In this document: piece by piece, positions 11,879 through 25,391 of the stretch
Layout of the letters: every line of letters begins with the position of its first letter
How positions within the stretch are numbered: the stretch's first letter is position 1
Assembly: GCA_012295275.1 (NCBI GenBank)
Contig: CM022679.1
Coordinates: 1,488,001 to 1,552,000, forward strand
Direction: 5' to 3'
Source: Chrysomallon squamiferum
Lineage: Eukaryota > Animalia > Mollusca
DNA: 64,000 bases
Notes under the pieces: model-generated
Seen by the model: only the letters and a program-made list of their open reading frames with translations
Database searches by the model: none
What the model was told of the DNA's origin: nothing
Position numbers and translations under genes: made by a program

Positions 11879-14800
11879 GTTTATTACTGTTTACTGTGTA
11901 TACAGAAAACTGCAATAAATGAATCAGTTATTAAATCAAACTCTTCGAGTTTACGTAGTCCTAAAGTCATAATAGAACTCAGCAGCTCACTTAGAAAATG
12001 GTGGCCTCAGAATCATCCACTGAAAATTTAATCACAAACCTGATTTTTGTTTTACACGATTGCAAAAGACAAACGAGCATGTTTTGAATTTTTAATTACT
12101 CTTTGAAGTGTGCGTCTCCATTAAGAGAACAGAAACAAAAAAAAAAAAAAAATTAGTGCCAGGAAATAATGGAAGTCCCATCCGAAAATACGGAATTAAG
12201 AAATTACAAAAAAAACAACAAGTGAATGTATTATAGCATAAATTAATGAAAACTGAAAAAGTGTCTGCTATAGTTTCGAGATATTCGAGTTTAAATAATT
12301 TTATCACAGATCTTCATTTTGGTCTGCATCTTGTCTTAAGGTTATAACTGGTAAGGGAGACAACTCTTGTCTTAAGTAAGGTCGTAAAAGTTATCCTTTT
12401 TACTTAACACACTGTCACTATTACAAAGTCTACAATTACTACCATTTCTAGTATTATTATAACTGGTACCACTACAACTACAACCACTGCTGCTGTTTAT
12501 ACTATTACCTACACCACCACCACCAAAACTGCCTCTACACAGACTACTAGTATTTCTGTTCAGTGTGCTTCAGTTATATTATTACCAGCTGTTAGGAATT
12601 TTATTAAAGGGTTTTAAATGTAACTTCAAGTAACGAGCAAAATAATGATGATTGATGGCCAATCAGTGTTCTAAATTTGAAATGTCAAAACGAAACTTTA
12701 TCCATTGATATTTTTAACAGATCATTTTTTTTTTGTTACCTAAATTAGCCATTATTCACAATGTTTTATTAAAATAATGACTTACTGCATGATGTTTGTA
12801 CTTATACCTAATTAGCTACGTTCGTCGAATAGTACTTCAAGTTCGGACAAACTGGACATTCAAACTGACCATCTAGTTGATTTATTGTTAGATACTAAAT
12901 GATACTATTTTAATGTCAAATACCACACTTTTTCTATTTAATGTCTACAATGTTCTGTTTTAACCAAACACCAGACAGCTTATAATCTGTTCCTTTGTGC
13001 TGCTAAACAGATACTCATTTGTAAGGAAACTGCAATTATTTTCTATTTTACGTTTCTCCATACAAAATGTTTATTGCGTTGCTGTATTCTTCAGATTAAC
13101 ATGCAGAAACATTTAGATTCACGATTTAATATGGGATCAGGTTACTAACATACACACTCAAAACAAACACTCTCCAGATAGTTTTGTCGATCATATCTAT
13201 ATATAACACGCTATTAACGGTCAAAAATAACAAACAACATATTAATTTTTGCACACGCTAAGATTTCATATATATTATTATTTGTTTGTTTGTTTTAGTT
13301 TTTATTTTTATTCTAGTTTTTTAATTTCAGGGATGTTATCCTGTAACATAACTGAATCTGAGAAAGTCACCTCGAGTTTTATTTTTTATTTTTGTTCTTA
13401 GTTAACGTGAAAAAGGAAGATTTGCTGTACGCTGAAGATGTAGTTAAGATATCATCAACGTTTTGTTTTATATTCATTGTTTTAAACAATTATTACTATT
13501 TATTATTATCATCACTGTTTTTATAACTACATCATTTCTACTACACTACAACTACTGCAACTGCTGTTTTAATAATAAAATCATATTGAGAGTTTTCTTT
13601 GTTTTTTTCTTAGATAATTATTTGTAGCAATAAGAAATTTGTGACTTGTTATTTTCATATTTTCCAACTTAACTTAGTACCTAATCTTTGTTGTTGTTAT
13701 GATTTTGTTTGTATGTTGTAGTTTTTTTCAGAATCACTTTATTCGCTGTACTTGAGAGCAGGTCATATTTCTGTCACTGTTCTACTTCGTCAGCACTCAG
13801 CTATTTTTAACTGCAGGTTGTTGCGTTGCTCTCGCTTCTAAATTATATCTTGTTTATAAATATAACTTATATTTATAGTAATAACATTAACAGTGCGGTG
13901 CTGACAGCGGATGCCAGAACGCCTATTAGCAGTCAAAAAATACTTTTCACAATCTCTGCTTCAATCATGGCAAAACAGACTAATAAACCTGTCACGAGGA
14001 AAGATTTAAATTTAATTCCACAATATTTTGTATTGATTTCTTGAACATTAATGTTGCGATTCTTAATAACGTAATTTAATATTAGGAATTACTTTCTAAC
14101 AAATCTTCAGATGCAAATAATCATTGACGCGATCTCAGTCTGATGAAATGCTCGTGTATATCGTAATCTAGCAATCATAATTTCACATAACAGTGATGAA
14201 GTGATATTCAGTAAGTCTGCCAACATCACTTCTTACAAGCACAGCTAGATCCGCCCCTGATTTCTAACACTGTTAGGCTGATGGTGTGTTTGTGACGGAC
14301 ATAAGAACATTAGGTTACATAAACATGGTTATTAAAATTATTTAACTCTATCCAAGCTGTCTGGTTACACGATACAAGGACGATGGTCCGTACCGTTCTA
14401 ATCTCTTAGCAACGCTATTACGTAATGACGTCATTTCCTGCTTTCCCGTAAGCGACTGCTCTTGCTTCATGAGGTACTTCCGTTTCCGTTTAATCACGAA
14501 ACCAGTAAAAAAAAAAATACAAAATTATCAAAACAACAAATTTGAAGATGATTTACTTTTATGTTAGAAAAACTAACAGAGAGGGCAGAGAGTAGCTTTG
14601 AAAAATCTTGTTTTAGCAATAGTAATAGAACAAAAGCAGTGCTAATAGCATAGTAGAAGTAGTAGTGGTAGTAATAGTTGAAGTAGTAGTGGTAGTAGTA
14701 GTGGTAGTAGTAGTGGCAGTAGTAGTGGTAGTAGTAGTGGCAGTAGTACTATTAGGAAAGGAAACCGAGGAGTGAAAATATTTCTTTACTTAAAATCACA

Positions 14801-15439
14801 AATTTACAATTTTATCAGAAAGCTTTTCACACACTGGAGGTTTCAATGTATATTTTTAAAAAAAAAACCTTTACGCAATACAAAGTATAAAGTTTCAAAT
14901 TTATTTCCTCCTTATTTTTATATTTAAGGTATATTTTTTGTCAAATCTCTTGACTGAATGAAACTGCAAATAAATCATTTTAGGATGGCGCAAAGGGAAC
15001 TGATTCGGGAAATTACGTTAAATTTCTAAAATGTTTTCTTTTTTCAGATTTTTGAAGAGGTCTCCCAAAGGGAATGTATTTATTGGAAATAACTTTCTTT
15101 TTTTTTTTTTTCTTTTTTTTTAGACAAACTTCGTTTTAAGGGATGATCTAGACAGAGGTGTCCGAACCTTGCTTCCCCATTTAAAGATATTTTATGTTGT
15201 TGGTTTTTTATCTGTTTTTGATATGAAAATTTGTATCAGCTCTTATTGTTTTTTCAAACTGTTGTTTTACCAACTGTGATTCTGGTTCGTGAAATGAAAT
15301 ATCAACAATGAAATATTTTAAACTCAAACTTCTCCAGTTTGTCTACGAATCAGCTTCATTAACTTTATGTTTTATTTAATATGTCTGCCTGCTTAAGGGA
15401 TTTTTTTTTTTTATCACTTCAGCTTTTAATGTGCGCTTT

Positions 15440-15830
15440 CAGTATTTAATATACAACATTTTAATATCACATATAATTTTTACACTTAACTTTTAAACAA
15501 ATAATATACATTTTCAGTATTTAATATGCCAGATTTTAATATCATATTAAATTTTTAAACTTAACTCTTCAATAAAAGAATACACACTTTTTAACATTTA
15601 ATTTTGGAAATTTTAATATCATACATAATTCTGAAACTTAACTTTTAAAAAACAATAAACACTTTCAATATTTAATATCTTAATATAAGATTTTTATATC
15701 ACAGATAATTTTCAAATTTAACTCTTAAATAAAAAACATACACGTTTTAATAATTTAATACATAAGACTCTAATATCATATAGAATTTTTAAAACTAACA
15801 TTTAAATAAATAATATATACTTCTAAAATT
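15440..15830. repeat. Degenerate AT-rich minisatellite, ~76-80 bp unit, ~5 copies
   Basis: TTTAATATCAY...AACTTAACT recurs near 15459, 15536, 15612, 15692 and 15771. Confidence 0.7.
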
Positions 15831-17605
15831 TAATGCAGCAAAATGTTCTGGAAGTAATACTGAGAATCTATCTAACAGAGAAACACTGGAAATAACACAT
15901 TTTTATCTCTCTAATACAGAAACAGCTCAAAGTGTAGAGAATTAGCACAATAAGAGAGAATTATCGAGAGAAAATGAAAACACAGACGTTTGTGAATTGA
16001 CAGCACGTAAAGATGATTGTGTTAAGTCGGATTCCAGTGTTTATCTAGACAAGCCGTGTTTATCTAGAGTTAGACAAGTTTCTGTACACTCTGACAGGCC
16101 ACTATGAAGGTTCAAGGCTGCTTGTCTAGGGCAGCCTGTCAGACTATTCCAGTGAATACGTCTATGACTCGGTTTCTATAGACTTGTCAGATTTGCTTGT
16201 TTTAATATCTCGACTGCGTAGACAAACAAGCAGATACAAAGAAAGAAACAGATACAGAGAGAACACGACAGAATCTAAATGAGAAAGTCAGCGACAAAGA
16301 GAGAGAGGGAGAGATGGCTCGCATGTGTTTAGGTGATTATACACGTGTTTATTCAACCAAGAGTGAGAACATATACAGATACATATTCATGCACCCTGTA
16401 GATATATATATATAAGAACAGCACACATACATACATTCAGATATACAAACATACCTACCCACAGATAAACAAACGAATATACATACATATACGTACATAC
16501 GTACGTACTATATATGTACCTACAAACGTATATACATACGTACACACACACATAAATATATACATACACCAAAACACACGGACCCAGACAAGCGAACTAA
16601 AAATGAAAAAAAAGGTAAACACACGTAAGTCGATGCACACAGTACAACTAGATATAAGAAAAAACTCAAACTTTGTATTAACTGTTTTAATCAAACAATA
16701 TATTAACATCAGATAAGTTATATATTTACATATGACGACAAAGAAATGAGAAAAGAAATGTGCTGATATATATGTAAAGTTATGCTTTGTACCTGAAATC
16801 TGACAGTTACAAAAACGCACGCATACAATAAATAAATAAATAAATAAATAGGACAGATAGGTAGGTAGGTAGTTAGATAGATAGATAAATAGACAGACAG
16901 ACAGACAGACAGACAGGTAGTTAGATAGATAGACAGACAGACAGACATACAGAGATAGGCAGATAGATAGATAGATAGATAGATAGATAAATAAATAAAT
17001 AAATAATTTCAACAAAAAAAAGCAGTGTTCTGATTTCACAATCTAAAATAAAATACATCACATTATACATAATAAAATAATAATATAGATTTTTCAGAAA
17101 TTGCACGAAATATAAATATAGGTTATTTCTGGCATACTCACGTGACAAAACTGCGCAAGTACGCATGTCCTTGATACAGAAGTTGACTTCATTGGGTATT
17201 TCTGTCAACTGTTTTTCTAAAGTTACATATGTAATTCACTGTCGTGTTTTTAATTATTTCTATATTAAACAGTTTTATTTCTATATACAAAAAATGGAAT
17301 TAGGAAAGAATGAGAAAGACAGACAAAACAACAGACATATGGACAAAAAAACGATGATATATGAATTTTAGCATTGGTTTAAGTTAGATACATACATACA
17401 CACGTCTGTATGTGGGTGTGTTTGTGTGTATGTGTGTGTATATGTATTTATTTTAACATAAGAATAAGTTACATAGTAAATTTACAGTATCATTCCAGAA
17501 ATGTAATCACATATTTCATTAACGTAATCGTTTTAATAATCACCTTCAGTTTTGTTTCAAACAAATCTTGGATTACAACGAATTCGGCAAAAGTTTTTTT
17601 TAAAA

Positions 17606-17647
<42 letters not shown>

Positions 17648-18361
17648 CATAATGTGTGTACATTAAAGAGAAGGATATATTTAACCAGGAAGCGTCACGT
17701 TTTAGAATCTAATGAGGTAGATTAATTTTATGTTTATTTGGCAGTAAACATTCTAGACTCGACTAGTAAAAAACATAATCTGTTGTAGCATACAGTTCAT
17801 TTATCAGTTACGCTAATAGTATCACTATTTCATTATTTGATTATATTATTATTTATTTATTTGCTGTTTTTTTGTTGTTGTTGTTGTTGTTTCTTTCTAT
17901 CCATGTTTGTTTGTTTAGAAAATATTGTCTGCTTTGATGATAAAAAGCACTAAGCATTTTAAGTATCTTTAATCAAATGCTGACTTTCAAAGTAGAAAGG
18001 AATAAACCGGAGTATGAAATAAATTATACGATGTAATTGTGTTGTACAGCCAGACACAGTATTATCGTTAAGCTTTATTATAAATTACAGCTTAGCCTCA
18101 GTTTTAGAAAGGGGACTTTGGCTTTTTTAGTCTTAAGAATATCCTTTGACAAACATGGTTTCCATAGCAACCTACAGGATGAAGAACACTCGCCGTCTCT
18201 ATATTTGGTCTTATGTACAGGTTTCTCTTTACATTTTTTTAAGTTTTAGAACCATATGAAGTAATAAAACAATGGCTTTTCGCAAACGAAGATTAACTAT
18301 TTTCCTCTGAGAAACAGTTATGTCACTGATGTATGACGTAATCATGACGTAATAATAGGTA

Positions 18362-18495
18362 TTAAACAGAAGTGACTGCCATGCCGTTGTTTCCGTTTTG
18401 CTGCACGTGCATAGTGGTGGTGTTTGTACCGTACGAGTTGTTGTCACCCATCTGTCGTAGTGTCGTTTTAGGACATCCAAATATCGAGTAAATAC
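18362..18495 (-). CDS. GPCR terminal exon 5: C-tail ending in PDZ ligand TSV
   Basis: Acceptor tttattttcAG (18497-18496). The phase-1 join gives GIYSIFGCPKTTLRQMGDNNSYGTNTTTMHVQQNGNNGMAVTSV-TAA. The spliced CDS totals 1128 nt = 375 aa plus stop. Confidence 0.8.
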
Positions 18496-18610
18496 CTGAA
18501 AATAAATAAATAAATAAATAAATATTATTGTTATTTCAAACATTACTAGCGAAAGAGAGACAGTGATGGAGTGATACAGAGAGATAAAGAAAGAGAGAAG
18601 GTGTGTGCGT

Positions 18611-18694
<84 letters not shown>

Positions 18695-19682
18695 ATATTC
18701 CGTAAAGAATAAGTTCCAAAGAATTGTTGTAAAAAAAAACATGTATATCATCAGTGATAAACAGACACAGTAATAGAAAACAAAAAATAAAAGTAAAAAT
18801 AAAATAACCCTATGAGTAAATTAACGTGGTTTTTCGTTCAGTTTTGTTTGTTTTGGTGTGGTTTAGAATTGTTGTTTTATTTTTGTGTTTATTTTTACAG
18901 TTCTGAAACGGGTAATCACTTAAGAAGTTACTACCCTGATTATCACAACTTCAAACACGCAGCACATTCACTGGTCTCTTTAACCTTTTTTCGTTCTGTT
19001 TTTTTCAACATCTCGCATGATTTGTTTTTTTATTTGCAACGTAACAAAACTCTCGTTTCGTGGGTAATGGTTTCCAAACAAGCGAAGACGAACGAGCAAG
19101 AGCAGATAACAGGATTCCGGGCAGAAGAAAAACAAAGAGCTGCGTTCACGTAAATAATGTACGACTGCCCAACAAAGAAAGCGTTTCGCTCTTCTCCTCG
19201 CAGTGTTTGGTAAAACAATACGCTAACAAGGAGCAATGAATTATTCAAACGCAATCAGTTTGACGTGTGTGAGCGGAGACAAAACACTTCAGAGACTCCA
19301 AACGACGGGTTCTGTGAAGTAACAGTAAGAAATCACTGAAATGTTGAAATACTCTTGTCACTCTGTATCTTGTTGCCCTAATATCTTATTCTGCCATCTC
19401 TATTTTTGTCTTTAAAATTCTTCTTCTTTTTTTTCTTTATGATTTTTATTGTTTATTTTTTTTTTTTTTTTTTTTAATAGTTTCAAGTAAAAGTTATTGT
19501 TTTATTTTGTGGTGAAAGGGTGCACATTATAATTACATAAACATTCTGAAAACATTTTGTAACATTTCGAAGTAAAATTTTATTTGCCTCTTCAAATTAT
19601 AAAGCATGATTATAATAGTGTCAAATAAAGCATAATAATAATAATCATAATAATAATAATCATAATAATCATAATCATAATC

Positions 19683-19726
<44 letters not shown>

Positions 19727-21989
19727 TAGAAGAAGAAGAAGAAGAAACATACACACATACACACACAGTTTGTTTTTATGAATGTTACTTTTGTGCACTG
19801 ATATTTTGTCATTAGACTATTTTTTAAAAAGAATCAGGTTTTTAGACAAACACAGTAAAAACAGACTGAAACTGAGTCGAGGAGCGTCCCCCCAGCTAAA
19901 CACAGCTAAACACAGCTGAAAACAGCTGAATACAAAGCCTTGGGGACTACACAGCATCTTCCTGTAGTCAGTGGCATGTTAGCGACGAGGCAAAAAATAT
20001 TTTTTCATTATTTGAGGAAAGATTTTTAAAATATTAAACAGTGATGATGAAATTCAAGCTGTTATTTTGTTGTTTTTTATTTCGTGTATATTTTAATTTT
20101 ACAAAGCGCAAAAAAAAAAAAAAAAATAAAAAATCTAAATTAAAACAATCTCAATTAATTTTACTACTGTTGTTAAAAAATATTTACTTTCTGAAACTGA
20201 TGTTTCGATAACAAAAACCCGCTAGCAATCTATCTGTATTAGCAGAATATGTTTTATATACATCGTTGTATATTATGCGAACAACATCAGTTATGGAGCA
20301 CTTTCTAGAGCTGGAAAAAACAGTGAGAGCACCACGAAGTAATAATCGACTGACTGTTTTAAATACAATCATATTTAAGTGGATTAATTTTATTTATTTA
20401 TTTATTTATTTATTCATATATATATAATTTTTTTATACGCTTTTTCCCCAACCAATTTTGCTCAAACATTAAATGTTTTTCCTCTCAAGGTTGTATTTAT
20501 TTTACCCCTCTTTTCTGAAATCCTGGATCCGCTCCTGATAATTAAGTCTCAGTTACGTTATTTGCATGTTCACGTTCTTCTGAAGATAATCAGGTTTAAA
20601 TATAGTTGATTTCCTTGCACACAACCCACTCCGGTTTTTAAAACACTTCCGACGAAATTTTGCAAACAACTTTGATAAAACGTCATGGAAAGGAAAGATG
20701 CAGCTATTATAGTGAGTGAAAAATGAATGAAATACCAAAACGCGTCATGTACTTTAAAATGACGGGGTTTTTAATCACTGTATAACAGGTTCTACGTCAA
20801 CTCAAGCCAAAAATAAAAATGTAAATTACCAGATCTTTTCTCTCAGCCTTTTACAATCGCTCGGTTTTGTGTAATAGGCAGTAAGATAATTTATCTTGTA
20901 TTTCTGACTGGTTTATGAAAGTCTGTGATATGTGCTTATCGGAAGTTTATTGAAAGTATCTTTTACTGCTGTAATAAATTCAGTTTCAGAAGCGAACGTT
21001 GAATGTTAACGAAATCCAAGCACAGAAATATATTTCAGTTATTAACGATTAAAACAAGACTGGCACCAGAGTGTTACATTTTTAATTTATTTACATGAAG
21101 TCGCTTTAAAAGTCATTAATGGACATCAATAAATAAATAAATAAACAAACAAACAAACAAACAAACAGCAAATAAATAAGACAAGAGCACGCGTAGGAAA
21201 TATTCTCTGTCTTTTTTCACACAGTTTATTTCTGTTGCTAACAAAATAATAATAATAATAGATAATAGATAATAATAATAATAATAATAAAAATAATAAA
21301 AATAAATAAAACTGAAAAATAAAAATAAAAACAAATTATCTGTCGTGTTTTACCGTACATGTTTCTTTTTGTCTGTTACTGGTCTGTCAGTGAAATGGGT
21401 TTCAAGAAATAGTTAACACATTTGACTAAGCGGCTGTCACAAAACCAATTTTATTTTAATTCAATAGAAAAAACACAAGATTTGATTTTACTGCTCTATC
21501 TCTCTCTCTGTATCTCTCTCCCTCCATCACTCCCTCCCTCTCCCCCTCTCTCTCCCTCCCTCTCTCTCCCCCACTCTCTCTCTCTCACACACACACACAC
21601 ACAAGAACAAAACAAAAAGACACTCACAAAATATATTGTCCACATTACAGATAAAAGCTAATTATTTTATCTAATCAAACGCACGACATTCAGCACAAAA
21701 GAAATCCATTGTGTTTTATCAGTTACGTTATCGCTGGTAACAAAGCAGAATGAGAGAAATAATTTGTCACTCGGGAAATGGACGAACTCTGTTACATAAC
21801 GGAAAATTAAATCGAGAAAACAAAGTGAAAAAAGAAAAAAAGAAAAACAATTTAGAACAAACAATTACATTTTTCTTACTACATGTTTTTGCAAAGAAAG
21901 AAAAATGAAAAGATAATTAATTTGAAAAGCTATATAAAAATATTTATAATAAATTGCTCTGTAGAGTTCTTACAAACTATTAATGAACG

Positions 21990-22057
21990 TACAGATAATC
22001 AGAGAAGAAACCCGCTGACGTCACACTGAAGGCGTTTCTTTTCCTACTATCAACAAG

Positions 22058-22131
<74 letters not shown>

Positions 22132-22230
22132 TATACATATACATACACACATACATTCACACAGAGAAGAAAACACATACACTTTTGTTGTTTTTTTTGC
22201 TGATAAAGATCAAAGGATTCTTTATGTTAC
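21990..22230 (+). mobile_element. Decayed SINE-like dispersed repeat interrupted by (TA)n(CA)n
   Basis: AGAGAAGAAACCCGCTGACGTCAC...CAACAAGATTTTATAT...CACACAGAGAAG resembles, from memory, an abundant gastropod interspersed repeat. Not checked by search. Confidence 0.35.
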
Positions 22231-23149
22231 ATGTAACGGTCAAGAAGATAATTATGGGACATTGCGGTTTTTCTCGGTAATTAACGCATCACCTATCTCT
22301 GTGTTAAATCTGCGCCTCTAGCTAGAGAAATATCAGCGTTGTCGCAGTCTGCCTCGCTGCCAGCATCAAACAACTCTGTCAACAGCGCCGTGCACTTTGT
22401 GAAAGTAATGAAGTAGAGACTGATACCAGAAAAGTTTAAACAATAATAACAGAGTGAGGACTGAAACTTTGGGGCTGAATATATTAAAGACTTCCGTTGT
22501 ATTATAACAGTGCTCATATCAACGATGAAGTTTTATAAAACTGTATCAGATATGTGGGTTTTAAATATGACGTCATTTCCTTTACAAGAAATACTATCTG
22601 TCAAACAACTAGTTAAAAACATTCCATGTTATTAGTTTATTTCAGTGAGAGTAAAGGTCACCTAATCCCTTGCGATGTAATCTAATTATCAGAAAGATGG
22701 GACTGATATCGCTTTTAATAAGCTGAGGTACGTGACACTGTTATTATAAAAAAAAAAATTGTCACAAAAGTACTGAAAGAAGAATGAGAGGGCGTGAAAA
22801 ATAAAGAACAAAGATATGTTTTACAACAACAACAAAAAAAAAAATGAAAGAAAAAAAAAAAAAAAAAAAAAAAAGAAATATAGAACAACAGTATTTCAGG
22901 AGATTGTGTATAAGATAAGTTTCTATAGAAATGCTGATTGACGAATGTGTTTGTTTATTTGACAATGCAATGCTATCCAGAACTGCACGTGAACGAATAT
23001 TTATATTTACATACATCACCGGTTCTGTTTGTTTGTTAAAGTGTGCGGAATTTACATGTGGGCATTTGTCGCCTATATATTTGTGTCTGCATAACAGTAA
23101 AAAGAGAAATAAAATTTAACAGAGAAATAAACAGAGAAATAAACAGTGC

Positions 23150-23221
<72 letters not shown>

Positions 23222-23243
23222 ACAGTCAACAATGGAGACAAAC

Positions 23244-23352
23244 CTTGTTTAAAATTGTTGTTGAAACCTGCATATATAAGCGGATTCAGCGCACTGTTGC
23301 AGTAGGCTAAAAATCTGGCGCTGTACTCGAAATACCAGAACCATTTTCCTAT
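23244..23352 (-). CDS. GPCR exon 4: TM7 (NPLIY) and helix 8
   Basis: Acceptor ttttattttcAG. Translates IGKWFWYFEYSARFLAYCNSALNPLIYAGFNNNFKQ. Donor G|GTTTGT, phase 1. Missing from the ORF track. Confidence 0.95.
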
Positions 23353-24729
23353 CTGAAAATAAAATAAAATTTTATTTTAATTCAAATAAATATATAGGAA
23401 TCATAGAAATTAAAATATAGAAGGAAAGGATCCGACTTGACTGAAATTAAAATGTTTCTGTTTTAAAATGTGTACGTGTTAATGAATACAAAACACTGAT
23501 TTAAAGATAAAAAGCTCTCAAAAGCTTTTGATTTCGGGGAAATCTATTTCTTGTCGCACAGAAATAGTTTAAGTACGGATCTATTTCGGTTCTTGTAGGT
23601 CAACAAAGACGTACGAGAAACACGGCGACATTTTTTCGACGGAAGGACACGAATTACAGCTTATCCGTCAGCAGACGATCATTAACGAGATGTAGTTCAA
23701 ATTCTGCGACAGTTTTTCCTGAATGTTACACTGTAAAACAGTTTTAATTTACTTACATACACTAAGTACAGCTGGTACAAAAACTGTCGCAAAAAGACCA
23801 GAAGAGAGAGAAAAAAAAATGGGTTAACCTAAATATGGTCAATTTGCTTCGGGCTTTTCTCTTTGTGCCCGTCTCTTAGGAAATTATGAGAGACAATGAA
23901 TCCTGGAGCCGTGGAAAAAGAGACATTTGGCGCAATTTAAGCAGTCGTTTGTAACTGGCAGTCTTACTGACAGGCGCATTCAACGTGCAAACCGTGTTTG
24001 ATTTCCCGAGGCTAATTTTCTAAATATAGTTTGTTATATCTTTTGTGTGTGCATGTACATATGAGTTTTTACGTATGTCTGTCTTTGAGTTTGTACGCTA
24101 AGAATGTCTTTCTATCTGTACATATGCATATATTTTATAATTATTGATGTTTGAAAGTTTGGATACATACATAATACATACGTATATACGTACATACATA
24201 CATAGATACATATGCACACATACATTTTATATGTGTTTTTCTGTTTACATGGCTGTCGGTATAACGCATTTTTCATGAGCGAATTTTCTTTTAAAAGGAA
24301 TTTAAAAGTACGTGTATAAAAAGAAAGACATTAACAAGAACGAGATTAGGCTGACATCGAGACACAAACTCAGTGAAGATGTATCACAGTCGCCTTTCAG
24401 TACTTCTCTAGCAATCTTCTACTTTACACGATTAATTATCACAGAAGATACAGATTAGTAAATGACACTACCCTACGTACTGCAGCATTGTCTTTGATCA
24501 TTCGTTATTCTTCTCTCTTTTTCATTTTAACATTTTCTTTTTCTCATAATTCTCATCTTTTTTCATATTTTTTTTTCTTTGACTTCTTTTTCTGTACTTT
24601 TTCCTGTCTTTCATCTTTTTATTTATTTCTTGAAGCTGTACCCAGTGCCTTTAAAATATCGTTCACAATCATATAGTACGTAATAAAATCGTTAAAATAA
24701 AAATTATTAATTTATTTATTTATTTATTA

Positions 24730-24789
<60 letters not shown>

Positions 24790-24802
24790 TATTAATTAAT
24801 TA

Positions 24803-24833
<31 letters not shown>

Positions 24834-24990
24834 TTTTGTTTTTCCCCATAAATTGTGTATAAATTTCGTAAGAATCTGTTACGGATAACAACGTGAATTA
24901 AACTGACGAAGTTGACCGTGACCGACTTGTGGCGAAACTGAACGACGTTTGTCTAATCATGAATTTACGTGAAATCACAGAGTGAAGTTT

Positions 24991-25391
24991 CGTAACGTCT
25001 GAAAGCAAGAGGTTTCGTGTCGTATGAAACAGAAATTACGTAACGTCTGAAAGCAAGAAGTTTCGTGTCGTATGAAACTGAGCTATTACGTAACGTCTGA
25101 AAGCAAGCAGTTTCGTGTCGTATGAAACAGAAATTACGTAACGTCTGAAAGCAAGCAGTTTCGTGTCGTATGAAACAGAAATTACGTAACGTCTGAAAGC
25201 AAGAAGTTTCGTGTCGTATGAAACAGAAATTACGTAACGTCCGAAAGCAAGAAGTTTCGTGTCGTATGAAACAGAAATTACGTAACGTCCGAAAGCAAGA
25301 AGTTTCGTGTCGTATGAAACAGAAATTACGTAACGTCTGAAAGCAAGAAGTTTCGTGTCGTATGAAACAGAAATTACGTAATGTCTGAAAG
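24991..25391. repeat. 48-bp minisatellite, 8 full copies plus a partial copy, in GPCR intron 3
   Basis: Unit CGTAACGTCTGAAAGCAAGAAGTTTCGTGTCGTATGAAACAGAAATTA starts at 24991, 25039, 25089, 25137, 25185, 25233, 25281, 25329 and 25377. Confidence 0.97.

Noticed and set aside
18229-18696. 155-aa minus ORF as the GPCR C-terminus
   Set aside because: It starts in a (CT)n tract and is in the wrong frame; exon 4 ends in phase 1, which gives the GIYSIFGC...TSV frame.
24991-25391. CRISPR-like regular array
   Set aside because: Units are head-to-tail with no unique spacers, lie in a spliceosomal intron, and no cas genes are present.
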